A stretch of DNA of 64,000 nucleotides from Octopus vulgaris (GCA_951406725.2 OX597831.1:64108001-64172000); one strand, 5' to 3'; positions 12,973-25,639 are shown, counted from the first letter of the stretch. Numbers and translations: made by a program. The notes: a model not told the origin generated them from the sequence alone.

Positions 12973-13355
12973 GGAGGCGCAATGGCCCAGTGGTTAGGGC
13001 AGCGGACTCGCGGTCGTAGGATCGCGGTTTCGATTCCCAGACCGGGCGTTGTGAGTGTTTATTGAGCGAAAACCCCTAAAAGTTCCACGAGGCTCCAGCA
13101 GGGGATGGTGGTGATCCCTGCTGTACTCTTTCACCACAACTTTCTCTCACTCTTACTTCCTATTTCTGTTGTACCTGTATTTCAAAGGGCCGGCCTTGTC
13201 ACTCTCTGTGTCACGCTGAATATCCCCGAGAACTACGTTAAGGGTACACGTGTCTGTGGAGTGCTCAGCCACTTACACGTTAATTTCACGAGCAGGCTGT
13301 TCCGTTGATTCGGATCAACCGGAACCCTCGTCGTCGTAACCGACGGAGGGCTTCC
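12973..13355 (+). mobile_element. tRNA(Arg)-like SINE, family C, tail type 2
   Basis: GGAGGCGCAATGGCCCAGTGGTTAGGGCAGCGGACTCGCGG head; tail ends CTCGTCGTCGTAACCGACGGAG; TSD ATATAGATGTG. Confidence 0.9.
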
Positions 13356-13374
13356 ATATAGATGTGTGTGTGTG

Positions 13375-13630
13375 AGGGCGCATGGCCTAGTGGTTACGAT
13401 GCCGCTCTCACAATCGCGAGGTCGTTGTTTCAACACCTAGACCAGGTGGTGCGTTGTGTTCTTGAGCAACACACTTCATTTCTCGTTGCTCTGCAATCAC
13501 TTCGACCCTTGATACGTGGCACAAGGAAAGAGTGAGCTAATCTACAGCACATGCATTTAATCCCTATAAACAAATCATTTCTACAGACCGTTTAACAAAA
13601 AGCTGAACATTCACACGTCGAGAGTCCACC
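13375..13630 (+). mobile_element. Older related tRNA SINE
   Basis: GCGCATGGCCTAGTGGTTA A box, degenerate B box, CORE-like TGTGTTCTTGAGCAACACACTT. Confidence 0.6.
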
Positions 13631-13672
<42 letters not shown>

Positions 13673-13724
13673 TGTATATATATATAATATATTATGTATT
13701 AATAATTATATATATATATGTATA

Positions 13725-13774
<50 letters not shown>

Positions 13775-13775
<1 letters not shown>

Positions 13776-14063
13776 ATTTATAAGTAAGGGCAAAAGAAAA
13801 AAATTATAATGCCAAAATATGCCGAAAATAGACATAACGTCAATAACCATGTAATTTATCACTACAAGCACGCGTTTCAAAGAAAGCCGACAGAAATTTC
13901 TAAATAATCCCGTTATTACCATATCGGACCCGATTTCAGAGTTAGAATTTTTTTCTTTTGCCCTTACTTATAATTTTTTTATAAATTTAACCTTTAAAAG
14001 TATTTTTTGATATGCTGTCCATTGATAGAATTTTTTTCGAAAAATGTTATCCTACATTAGATG

Positions 14064-14140
<77 letters not shown>

Positions 14141-14455
14141 ATAATAAAGGGTGAAATTAATTAATTTAGAAATAATCGTTAATTTCACCAAGTAGAGTTC
14201 GGCATGTAAAAGCCCCATTCAAGGAAGGTTTAAGTAATACTAATTAATTAAGGGTTCAGCAACGATTTGCCTCACCACACACCGAATTTAGAAATAGCAG
14301 TCAAAAAGTTTTGGCTATTCTTTCTACTTAAAAGGGAGATCTCAGTAAAACCAAAGCACTTAAAAAGCAAACGACGCAGGCAAAAGAGAAAGAAATGACG
14401 AAAATCATTCTATATTAAGTTACATACGGACGTACGTTTCGGAATCAAGTCATTG
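13775..14455. mobile_element. PLE terminal-repeat relics with a short inverted junction and half-HHR motifs
   Basis: TATAAGTAAGGGCAAAAGAAAAAAATT (~13778) inverted at ~13946-13972; minus-strand GAAACGCGTG (~13870) and GAAACGTACGTC (~14430); (TA)n flanks. Confidence 0.5.
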
Positions 14456-14461
14456 CAGAGC

Positions 14462-14878
14462 ATAAAAATTAACTTCTCTGCAATCTCTCGCACAGTTATA
14501 TGACAAGATTCAATAATGGCTTTGATTTGGTCATCATCAACTTCAGTAGATCGACCAGAATGGAGTCTTTTAAACCATTTCTGACATGTGCGTTCTGTTA
14601 AGCAATCAGCACCATAAACTTCACATATTTCTTTGTGAGCCTCAGCAGCTTTCTTGCCTTTACGGAAAAAAGATACGGTGAAAATATTCGTTTTTGCACT
14701 CCATGTTGAAGTTGACACTAACTAACGAACGGCGGTGAACAAAATTAAATACAATTTGCTTCTAAAGTAAGCTAAAAGTAACAACTATCTAATGTCAAAT
14801 ATCATAACATTGACAAAAGTCATTAAAAAAATCGTAACTTTATTTGCGAAAAACCAAATTACTTTCTTGCCAACCCAA
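14462..14878 (-). mobile_element. mariner transposon 5' fragment (TIR plus N-terminal transposase)
   Basis: TA + TTGGGTTGGCAAGAAAGTAATTTGGTTTT TIR resembling the Hsmar1 type; MECKNEYF..RKGKKAAEAHKEICEVYG..TERTCQKWFKR..ITVREIAEKL HTH; frameshifted and truncated. Confidence 0.9.
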
Positions 14879-14890
14879 TATATATATATA

Positions 14891-15800
14891 GTAGCAGAGA
14901 AACCAGGCGTTGCTCGGGATTGAAATGGCATAGCTTGTATATAATATATTACAGTTATGTTGAAACAGGTGATATGGGAAGGTGCAGCATTGACAACAAA
15001 ACATTTGTGGAGTAAATGATGGGCTAATTCGACTAAGCAACATGCTATGCGTCCGTTTGGAGTATTTCAGGCCCTAACATGTGGGGGCAATATAAATTTT
15101 GAACGCAATGAGAAGCTGTCAGTGGATATACTCTCTTTTGTAGCAGTCGGGGCTGTATCTAACACGACCCATCATCTGAAATGTTGACACCTTCATCGGG
15201 TTTGTTGTCCTACATCACTCATAAAGTAAATTTGGAGGAACTGTGGTTGTTTATTTGCGGGTAACAGGGAACCAATGAAGTGATAGACTTGCCCTTGGAC
15301 TTTGATGTCGGCGTAAATTCATGTTTATCTATCTTCTTAGATGCACCAAACGATGTCAGTTGTAGAGTTGTATTGTCTGATATTGTTCAGAAAATCCACT
15401 GACTGGATGGAAATGCCTTCTAGAAGATCCATAAGAGGTTGAGGAGCTAGTAGTGCTGGCAATATTATCTGAGCGCCTGAGCAGCACATAACATTTGTTT
15501 CATTTATAGGTCTACAGAAAAGACAATTTGTGTTTAGCACACCAATTTGGACAGAGTTATTATTTTTATAAGAATGGGATGGATCGTATCTGAAAACAGC
15601 TTCAGGAGTTGTGAAGAACGAATTTGTACGTAATCTGTTTCTGAGAGCTATACTATTGGACCTCTGTCTAATCATTACAACATTGATTTAATGATCCAGC
15701 ATTAAGTGCTGCAATGTGCATTTGCTGATGTTGAGAAAATCTCATCTAGCTTCTCTCATCAGACTCTCGTCTTCGGTTTTCTACAATCCTCCTTGCTTTA
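14891..15800 (-). mobile_element. Internally deleted Helitron: RepHel N-terminal fragment plus 3' hairpin end
   Basis: FRYDP...IG....C.FC....E...MCC.G...LP.L..P..L..LL.G....S..FL.NIRQYNS, then FTPT.KVQGQVYHFIGSLLP..PQFLQIYF; 3' end CCCGAGCAACGCCTGG...CTAC. Confidence 0.85.
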
Positions 15801-16689
15801 TACTTGTTTCTGGAGAGATTACGTCCTTTCTTTGGTGGCATATTTTTCCCAATATTGTAAACAAAAAATTATGAATATAGAAAAAAATTATACATTAATC
15901 CCTATTTTTGTAAGCAGCTGTAACCATAAAAATTTTATTTGAAGAAAGCAGAAATTGAAAGAAGAGAAAGCGAAAATAACAGAGAAAGAAAGTGAAAGAT
16001 GTATGTACGTCTATATGAAACGGACGTGTGCGTGTGTATGTTTGTGTGCTTGCGTGCGTGCACGTGTATATGTGAGAGAAAGAGGGTAAGAAAGAGAGAT
16101 AGAATGAGTAAGTGAGTGAGTGAGTGAGTGAAGGTGTGTGTCGTGATGATTGATGTCTTTTAAGGTACACAGACATATAAAAAATATGACGGCATCGTAT
16201 AAAATCTTTATGATAGTTGATTTATGGAAAAAGATTATTTGAAATGCAAATATGTGAATGGAAATTAACTTTAATTTGTTGCCAAAATAGTACTCAATCT
16301 TTTGATACCCCATACGTCAAAATCGGTAACTCGGTTTTGGAAAGCATAATGTATGTATTATAGGAGAGTATGTCACATAACAATGGAGACGTAAGACCTG
16401 GTAGAAATAGCAACCAAATTTCCCTCAAAATACCCTACTGTCTTAATCCGACAATTCTACCTATTATGTAGTTTGAATGAGAAACTGTAACTAAAGATAA
16501 AGATTATTAACCCCACAGAGAGAGGAAAGAAGAGAGACAGCATAGCGACTGTTTTGGCTGACTGTCATCCTGTACTCCTCTTGTTGCTAGCAAAATGGTA
16601 TATGCCGGCTGTCTAAACAACTGGTTGTTTTAATGGGGGAACAAACAGGACATTATAGATTACAAAAATAGCGATTCTCACTTTGAAAC

Positions 16690-16850
16690 TAACGATTTTG
16701 AAAATCCTTTTAGATTACGGAACGCCCCGCTATCTCATGTATACATGTTTAAAATTTAAGCGCGATCGGATGAACAATACTCCAGTTATAAGCGCACAAA
16801 CACACAGACAGACAGACAAAAGAACTGGGATTGTCTCATATATATATATA
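16690..16850 (-). mobile_element. Helitron-like non-autonomous 5' fragment
   Basis: Minus strand TATATATAT...(GTCT)n...CCGATCGCGCTTAAATTT layout, as in Helitron/HINE-type 5' ends. Confidence 0.4.
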
Positions 16851-16870
16851 ACATTCTTGAAGCAAATATA

Positions 16871-17300
16871 TTCTTTTTTACTCTAGGCACAAGGGCCGAA
16901 ATTTTGGTGGGGCGGCCAGTCAATTAGATCGACCCCAGTACGCAACTGTTACTTAATTTATCGACCCCGAAAGGATAAAAGGCAAAGTCGACCTATACGT
17001 AATTTGAACTCAGAACGTAAAGACAGACGAAATACTGCTAAGCATTTCGCCCGGCGTGCTAACGTTTCTTATTTCTTTATTGCCCTAAAGGGGCTAAACA
17101 TAGAAGGGACAAACAAGAACAGACAAAGGGATTAAGTCGATTACATCAATCCCAGTGCGTAACTGGTACTTAATTTATCGACCCCGAAAGGATGAAAGGC
17201 AAAGTCGACCTCGGCGGAATTTGAACTCAGAACGTAACAACAGACGAAATGACGCTAAGAATTTCGCCCGGCGTGCTAACGATTCTGCCAGCTCACCGCC
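16871..17300 (-). mobile_element. SINE family A, dimeric body
   Basis: Two tandem body units each with TTTCGGGGTCGATAAATTAAGTA; TSD TTGAAGCAAATATA on both sides. Confidence 0.9.
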
Positions 17301-18046
17301 TTTGTTGAAGCAAATATATTGATGAAATTGCCATATTCCTTTCGAGAAAGCATCTCATATAGATGTATTGTCTATCTGCACTTAGTATGATATAACAAAT
17401 TGCTATTTTGAAATTAAACTGCTTCCGCTGCTAAAACCGAATTTATATTCAACTTGTCTACCATATGTGAACTCGATAACTTTTCAATCACTGTTTAATT
17501 GTATTAGTAGCGGCTGGCTTTAGTTTAGCATGCAGTGCCAGGAGATAATGGCTCCTGACGAAGCTCAAAGAATCAAAACTGTATTTAGTAAATCATAGAC
17601 TGATTTGAAACTGAATATTGTAAAGCTGTAAACGCGGTTGAGTTATTTCTGAATATCTCTTTGTTTCCAATGTTTGGGAGTAATTTGATGCTTAGCAATC
17701 CAAGCAATTTCTTCTCGAGATCTGACATAAATGAATTAGCGTAACGTGATTAAATTATGTCATTTCGTGTTAAGTAAAACATAATCATATACTAACAAAC
17801 GGGACCCGTGGAAATTCACATTGTAAGTCAGCATATATTGAACATATTATATTGATGTATGAAACACAAGCAAGGAATTTCAAAAAATCTCGTTTATCAT
17901 CCTGCCATTTAATCAAAACTGTACTTTCAAATATAAACGAAATGAACTTAGAAGGCATTGCTTATTTTTCTTCTTTCAATATGTTTAACAGATATGATGT
18001 GCTTTATAGTTTAAGGAAATAAAAGATTAAATAAAATGCTAAAACT

Positions 18047-18288
18047 TATGACACAGAGTGTGACAGGGCTGGACCTCTGAAATACAGATACAACAGAAAC
18101 AGGAAGAAAGAGTGAGAGAAAATTGCAGTGAAAGAGTACAGTAGGGTTCGCCACCACCCCCTGCCGGAGCGTCGGGGAGCTTTAGGTGCTTTCGCTCAAT
18201 AAACACTTACAAGGCTCGGTTTGGGAATTGAAACTGCTATCCTATGACCGCGAGTCCGCTGCCCTAACCACTGGGCCATTGCGCCTCC
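18047..18288 (-). mobile_element. SINE family C, 3'-truncated
   Basis: Reverse complement of the GGAGGCGCAATGGCCCAGTGG head and body. Confidence 0.85.
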
Positions 18289-18701
18289 ACACATACATAC
18301 ATACATACATACATACATACATTCACACATACATACATACATACATACATACATACATACATACATACATACGTACGTACGTACATACATACATACATAC
18401 ATACATACATACATACATACATACATACATACATACATACATACATACATGCATACATACATACATACATACATACATTCACACATACATACATACATAC
18501 ATACATTCACACATACATACATACATACATACATACATACATTCACACATACATACATACATACATACATACATACATACATACATGCATGCATGCATAC
18601 ATACATACATACATACATACATACATACATACATACATACATACATACATTCATACATACATACATACATACATACATACATACATACATACATACATAC
18701 A

Positions 18702-18732
<31 letters not shown>

Positions 18733-18810
18733 GTACGGACGTACATACATACATACGTACGTACATATATACATACATACATACATGCATGCATGCATGC
18801 ATACATACAT
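18289..18810. repeat. ~520-bp (ACAT)n microsatellite
   Basis: Direct tandem repeat; explains the HTYI/MYVC ORFs. Confidence 0.97.
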
Positions 18811-19049
18811 AAGACAGATAGATAGATTAAAGTGGCATGCTTGAGAAAGACCACTTGGATATGAAAGAACGACATAAGCATAATCTTCGCTACTTTTTAA
18901 CGAACACAGGTCGAGATATTCAGAATAGAGACAGAGTAAATTATCAGCTTCAAACGTATCAATAAATTCTAGTGAGTGTATTGAGTGCTCTTTGTTCTCT
19001 TTGTACAACCAAATAAAGTAATAGGTGCGTGTATCATCGTTGCTGACGA

Positions 19050-19465
19050 TTGCAACATGGCCTAATAGTTGAGAAATTAGTTCCATAATCACGAAACCCC
19101 AGGTTCGATTCACTTCGTGGTATCTTAGGCAATCGTCTTTAACCAGAGTCCTGAATCCACCTACACCTTCTGTGAGAAATTGGATAGAAGAAAATTGGGT
19201 GGAAAATCGTCAGATGGATAGCACTTGTAATTCAACGGTTCGGCCCAGTCACTTTGCATGACACTGATTTTACTTTAACATTATGATAAGGGTACACTTG
19301 TCTTTGGAATACTCAGCCACTTGCACGTTAATTCAATGAGCAGGTAGTTGATAGAAATCTACGCGGTCATAGGATCACAGTTTCGATTCCCAAACCGGGC
19401 GTTGTAAGTGTTTATTGAGCGAAAACTACTAAATCTCCAAGACGCTCCGGCAGCGGGGGGGGGGG
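19050..19465 (+). mobile_element. Degenerate SINE fragments (families B and C)
   Basis: GGTTCGATTC B box, TCTTAGGCAA CORE-like motif, type-2 tail piece and a family-C head piece. Confidence 0.55.
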
Positions 19466-19883
19466 TATTTTCTTTTCTTTTTATATTGTTGTTGAGATAA
19501 TTCAAATCTATTTAAGCATTGTATAATTTAAATATCTTATATTTGTCGCTTGCTATTGCTCTGCAAATATTTCAGTTAGGCATTTTCAACTTCAGAAATC
19601 AAGTTTAGTGTGATAGAAAATTATAAATAATTTTAGGATATTTTATTGTAAATTCTTAGTAAAAGTAACGTAGAGATTTTCGGATATCCGTCTATGGAAG
19701 AAGTGCAGTGTGTTTCATTAGTAATAAGCCTTATATAAGCAAGCACAGAGTTTTCCCCTCGAATTTTTTTATATACATAAAATGACAATTTTTGTATTTC
19801 TTAAATATTAGTATTCGTGTATTTTTGATTGACCCGTTTAAAATTCCCACACTACTTCATCATTTTTGGTTATTTCTTAATTG

Positions 19884-20307
19884 GGATCTTTTCGGTTTGA
19901 ACGGTAGTTTTTAACATAATTTCTAGGTAACTAAAAAATTTTAAACTTCGTATACTGGTAGAATGTGTCTATAAAACATCTTTTTCTCTTGGCTTTATTG
20001 AGAAAATTCTATAGTTTATAAGATATTTGTTGTTTTTTTTCTTCAATTTCTGCAATTTCAACCAATCAATGACCGTCTATTGAGGTGAAAACATTCTGTG
20101 CCGTATGAATATGTCCCTCGTTTAAGAAACAGATTGGGTTTATTTACATTTGTGAAGGAAAAAAGATACCCTTCCCCCCGCCCCTAACCTTAACCCTAAC
20201 CCTAAAACAGATTGAAATGCAATAGATCGATACTAGGGTCATAATTATGGGTGACAATTTCATATGACACCGCTAGAAAAAAACTGCCGTTCAAACCGAA
20301 AATATCC
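19884..20307 (-). mobile_element. TTAGGG-containing MITE, copy 2
   Basis: Same TIRs and interior as 11053-11500, inverted; flanks CTTAATTG / CTTAATTA. Confidence 0.85.
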
Positions 20308-20559
20308 CTTAATTATACTGTGTACTATGAAGAATCAAAACATTTCATCGCACTGCTGTTACCAAGATACTGCAAGTAACTATTTAAACAGTACGTGTTG
20401 TTATTGCAACAAGGCATCTCTGGTCAAATAGTCCTACTATTAAAAGGCGCTCCAGCCATGATCATCTCGTGTATGTCTATATTCTATATTAATATGTCTT
20501 ACCATTTTTAAGACATCGGAGTGATTTCCAGCAAGCTAATAGGTCACATTATAGGACCC

Positions 20560-21117
20560 ACGTTGGCTGAACAATTTATCTGCTTTACGAAAGAGCGTGA
20601 CGCAATGGTTATTGCCCAGTATAAGTCGGATACGTTTGAATGTCTGGGGCAAATGAAATAGTTAAAGAGAATTGGTAAGTTCTACAACGTCATTGCAAAC
20701 AATACATTATTAATCCTTTCCAACACTTAGGAACTTTCTACTTTAAGTTTATTATCCACTTGTATATAAATATCTTCATAACAAATAACTATTCCGTGTT
20801 GCGGAAATGTAATATTCTTTATTTGCGTGTTACTTTTATGTATATCCATCTCTGTTTTCTATAGCTAACCGATTTTATGGGTTCTTTCAGTTGTTTTATT
20901 GCAATATCAGTTAACTCATTTTAAAGTTTCAGTAGCTTTTCGTTGAAGAATATTATATTCTTGTCTTGTATTGTACAGCAACACCTATTGTTGGTCAAAG
21001 ATTGTTTAATCATACGAAACTCAATGTTAAGAGAATGTTCAGAGCCGGAAAACCCAAATGTTCGTTTTAGTAGCGTTAATATAACCTCAGTCTTATATTT
21101 GCCAGGACTCTCACTTT

Positions 21118-21120
<3 letters not shown>
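20560..21120 (-). mobile_element. Penelope-like RT C-terminus / GIY-YIG relic
   Basis: SESPGKYKTEVILTLLKRTF...EF..IKQSLTNN matches the PLE post-RT motif; downstream region degenerate. Confidence 0.6.
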
Positions 21121-21164
<44 letters not shown>

Positions 21165-21168
<4 letters not shown>

Positions 21169-21498
21169 CAGTGTGGAAGGTGTTTATAAGCCATTTAAGA
21201 AACACACGAAAACCGTTAGATTCACTTCAACATTTAAATTTAATTTGTCAAAATATTTTCGTCGCTTTGAGACCGCAACCTGTTCTCTGACAAAACTTCG
21301 TGCTGCATCTGAGCAGTGAACAGGTCGTGGTCTCAAAGCGACGAAAATATTTTGACAAATTAAATTTAAATGTTGAAGTGAATCTAACGGTTTTTGTGTG
21401 TTTCTTAAATGGCTTATAAACACCTTCCAAGCTGCAATTGTTTTCGTTACAGCACACGATTTCAGATCAAGTCACTCGCTATGCAAGTACATCTCCGT

Positions 21499-21500
<2 letters not shown>
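21165..21500. mobile_element. Palindromic PLE-type element with an HHR motif on each strand (copy 1)
   Basis: ~125-bp inverted arms around ~21300; same element in opposite orientation at 61758-62093. Confidence 0.8.
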
Positions 21501-21548
<48 letters not shown>

Positions 21549-21964
21549 CGAACAACTCATAAACCACAACAGCACTGGCTTTTGAGTTGTTTTAACTCTT
21601 ATTTTTAGCAAACGTCGTGCTAGTGAGTACCCGCTGTCATTTTTGTGACCTGTTAATTTTGCCTTTAGGTTCTAATAGCTAATAAGCCACCCATTTAATT
21701 TGCTATATATCTTTTATCTGTTATTTTTTTTCAGTCATTAGACTACGGCCATGCTAGGACAGCGCTTTTAAGGATTTCTTCCAGTCGAATGAATCAACCC
21801 ATTACTTTTTTTGTTTTTGTTTTTTGTTTTGTTTTGTTTTTGTTTTTTTTTTGTTTCTAAGCCTGGTACCTATTCCATCGATAGCTAAGTTAGCGGAACC
21901 GCAAAGTTAGAGGACGCAAACGTGCCAACACCGGTTGTCAGACGGTGGTGGGGGACAAACAAAG

Positions 21965-21997
<33 letters not shown>

Positions 21998-22115
21998 ATC
22001 ATACATATGTATATGTATATAAACGTGAGTGTATATATATATATATAAATACACACAATATACATACGTCTTAATATAAATACATACTCACACACACATA
22101 TGTATATATATATAT

Positions 22116-22207
22116 GCGGCTGAAGAGAGCTTTAAACCATCTGTAATGTCGATTATACATTGATGTAAGTATAAGTTGTTGTATAAAGTTTGAAACACGT
22201 GTACCGT
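22116..22207 (+). ncRNA. Type I hammerhead ribozyme motif in PLE repeat
   Basis: GCGG-CTGAAGA-GAGCTTT...AAAGTTT-GAAA-CACGTG-TA-CCGT (GUA site). Confidence 0.75.
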
Positions 22208-22480
22208 GACATCCTTTGTGCTCTATTTTTTTAATTTCATTTGATGCATATACCCTCTCACCTCTGCTACTAGCTGGCATATACAGGTGCTTACACTTAT
22301 CAAGTTTTCACCCTGAATTTATTATATATATATATATATAATAAATAAATTTATTATATATATATATAATAAATTCAGGGTGAATACTTGATAAGTGTAA
22401 GCACCTGTATATGCCAGCTAGTAGCAGAGGTGAGAGGGTATATGCATCAAATGAAATAAAAACGGAATACAAAGGATGTC

Positions 22481-22572
22481 GCAGTACACATGTTTCAAGC
22501 TTTATACAACAACCAATTCTTACATCAGTGTATAATCGACATAACAGATGGTTTAAAGCTCTCTTCAGCCGC
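22481..22572 (-). ncRNA. Type I hammerhead ribozyme motif (inverted copy)
   Basis: Minus strand GCGG-CTGAAGA-GAGCTTT...AAAGCTT-GAAA-CATGTG-TA-CTGC. Confidence 0.75.
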
Positions 22573-22787
22573 ATGCAATTGCTATACCAAAGACTTACAT
22601 CACATTATGAAATTATGAAATCCGAAAATGTACATTTGGTATTATCTATAATGGTGGGTATATTGAGTTTCACTAAGAAAGTATGTTTGTAAATCTCCAT
22701 AATCAAATAGGTATGTAGGGTATCATTGGACTTCAAAAATCCGTCCATACTCTATCATCAGTCAACATCTATCATCAGCAATTGCAT

Positions 22788-22879
22788 GCGGCTGAAGAGA
22801 GCTTAAAGCCATCTGTTATGTCGATTATACATTGATGTAAGAATAGATTGTTGTATAAAGCTTGAAGCACGTGTACCGC
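22788..22879 (+). ncRNA. Hammerhead motif, third copy (GAAA changed to GAAG, probably inactive)
   Basis: GCGG-CTGAAGA-GAGCTT...AAGCTT-GAAG-CACGTG-TA-CCGC. Confidence 0.6.
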
Positions 22880-22911
22880 GACATCCTTTGTGTTCTTTTT
22901 CTTATTTCATT

Positions 22912-22965
<54 letters not shown>

Positions 22966-23843
22966 CGAGTTTCTTTCAAATTCCGCCTTCCAAATGCACT
23001 CACGGGGGATTTGGTCGGCCCGAGGCTATAGTAGAAGAGGCTTGCCCAAGATACCAAGTAGTGCCATTGACTCAGTAAGCATGTGGTTGGGAAGCAAGAT
23101 CCTTACTACATATATATATATATACATATATAACTTTGTGCGGTTTGTGTCAAGAATATTGCTGTCACATGACACGACATCAATTTTCAAGAATAGTACA
23201 TTTCCTTTGTTTTATCTGAGTCTATAAACTTTTGGAAGTCTCAGATTGATTTAATAGTGTCTAGAAAACAAAACTATCCTTTTGTATTATAAAATCTCAG
23301 CAGTTCTTAAAGGGCCACATTTTCATAAATACCATACATCATATTAATTATTCTTAATTCATACAAGAACTTAATGTATATGACAAAGTAGATATAAAAA
23401 TGACCTTACTATACGAGTCAGGAGACACTTCATATAGCGACAATCCATTGCAGCTGCCACACAAACTACTATATTATTCAAAGAACAATTAAAATGAATT
23501 ATCGCTTATAATTACATGACTACAATTTATTAATGACGGTGTTTGCTGTATAGATAACATGCAAGTGGTTGATATTGTTCTTAAGACGAGGTAGAATAAC
23601 GCTTAAAATATCTTGGACTGGCTTGGCTGTATGGTTAAGCGGTTCGGTTTGCAACCATCTAGTTCTGGTGTGTTCTCGTTATATTGCATATGGGGCAAGT
23701 ATTTTTACGACAGCTGATCGACAAGGACTGATCGATACTTTGCGAAGGAAATTTGGTAGATGGGGGCTATGCGGCGGCTCCTTGAATATACAGTTTCTTT
23801 CACTTGTTTTTTGTCAATGCGCTGTGGCCATGAAAGAACACCA

Positions 23844-25077
23844 ATTCATACATATGTGCATATTTCTTTATATTCTTTTTGTTTTACTTGTTTCAGTCAT
23901 TTCCCTGCCGCCATGCTGGAGCACCGCTTTAGAGGGTTTATTCGAAGAACTTGACCTCAGGACTCATTCTTTGTAAGCGTAGTACTTATTCCATGGATCT
24001 ATTTTGCCAAACCGGTAAGTTACGTGGACATAAACGCACCAGCATCGGCTGTCAAGTGATGGTAGGAGTACAAATACAGACACAGACACACACACACACA
24101 CACACACACACAAGGGGCTTCTTTCAGTTTCCGTCCGATGGTCCAATACAAAGATATATACAGACATATATATATATATATATATATATAAAATAAAATA
24201 CAAAACTAGTTGTCCGGATGTTTTGCGTTCTTGTCCCATTTTGTATTTTATTTTATATATATATATATATATATACACACACATACACACACACTTGTGA
24301 GACTGCCACCTTAGCTTTGTGCGGGTGTAATTGCTATAGTTGATGAATGATGACAAGTGAAACAATAAATAGGTTAATAAGCAACTAAATCAAATGTATA
24401 TATATATATATATACGTGTGTGTGTGTGACTCTGTGTGCGCGCACGCATGCATATGTATATTATGCACGCATCTATATGCATGTATGTATGTATGTATGT
24501 ATGTATGCATGTGTATATGTGTGCATGCATGTATGAATTCCGAGAGATAACATAGAAGGTAAAATGAAAGTTTGAACGCCGGAAAACGTTCAAGTGTACC
24601 AATGTTTGTAACAAAAACTGCAGTAGTTTGACTAATTCTTGACAGAGAAACACAATATAGTCCCTGTACTGGGACTCATAGACTTCATTTTGAGATTTAT
24701 TGCTGCTTTTATTGCGAATACCGCTTGAACTGGAATCCGTAATAACGCAGGAACTAATGTTAGAATGATGGCCGAATTTTCCCCGATTCATACATATGTG
24801 CATATTTTTTTTCATTCTTTTTGTTTTACTTTTTTCAGTCATTTGACTGCGGTCATGCTGGAGCACCGCTTTAGAGGGTCTAGTCGAAGAACCTGACCAC
24901 AGAACTCATTCTTTGTAAGTGTAGTACTTATTCCATGGATCTATTTTGCCGAACCGCTAAATTACGTGGACATAAACGCACCAGCATCAGCTGTCAAGCG
25001 ATGGCAAGAGTACAAACACACACACACAAGGGTCTTCTTTCAGTTTCCGTCCAATGGTTCAATACAAAGATATATAC

Positions 25078-25129
<52 letters not shown>

Positions 25130-25312
25130 GAGTAAATTATATATATATATATATAGGGGAGTTATTTTTCTTCTTTTTTTGCCATATAATGAGTTACAAA
25201 TACTGTTGTCTGTGGAGACATATTTTTGTAGTAAAAGGAAATAGCAGTCCTCTGGCTGCTATTTCTAGTACTTTCGGTATGTGGTCTAGGAACTTGTGCA
25301 CCCTCTTTGATA

Positions 25313-25362
<50 letters not shown>

Positions 25363-25481
25363 GTGTACTTACAATATAAGAGAACAAAGTGTACGTACGC
25401 CGCTAAATATATATATATATTTAAAATAAAATACAAAACTAGTTGTCCGGATGTTTTGCGTTCTTGTCCCATTTTGTATTT

Positions 25482-25490
<9 letters not shown>
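23844..25490. repeat. Local tandem duplication containing SINE-B tails
   Basis: 23844-24256 is repeated at 24786-25490, including non-SINE flanks; the second copy carries an extra ~300 bp inside (TA)n. Confidence 0.8.
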
Positions 25491-25544
<54 letters not shown>

Positions 25545-25639
25545 GCCTTCAATCATGCGGTCATGTAAGTGGGTTATTTATATTTTTACTTCCATTGTTC
25601 ATTTACCTTATTTAAATTCTTGAAAAGCATCACCACGTG

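Larger units (their letters stand above)
21720..23108 (-). mobile_element. SINE family B split by a nested PLE relic
   Basis: Tail half at 21720-21970 and head half at 22962-23108; the intervening (TA/CA)n holds the 22113-22917 insertion. Confidence 0.7.

Noticed and set aside
12973-13045. Possible tRNA-Arg gene
   Set aside because: It is the head of a multi-copy SINE with body, tail and TSD; no proper acceptor stem or terminator.
18186-19113. Longest ORFs (208-305 aa, HTYI/MYVC repeats)
   Set aside because: Translations of an (ACAT)n microsatellite plus SINE; not protein genes.
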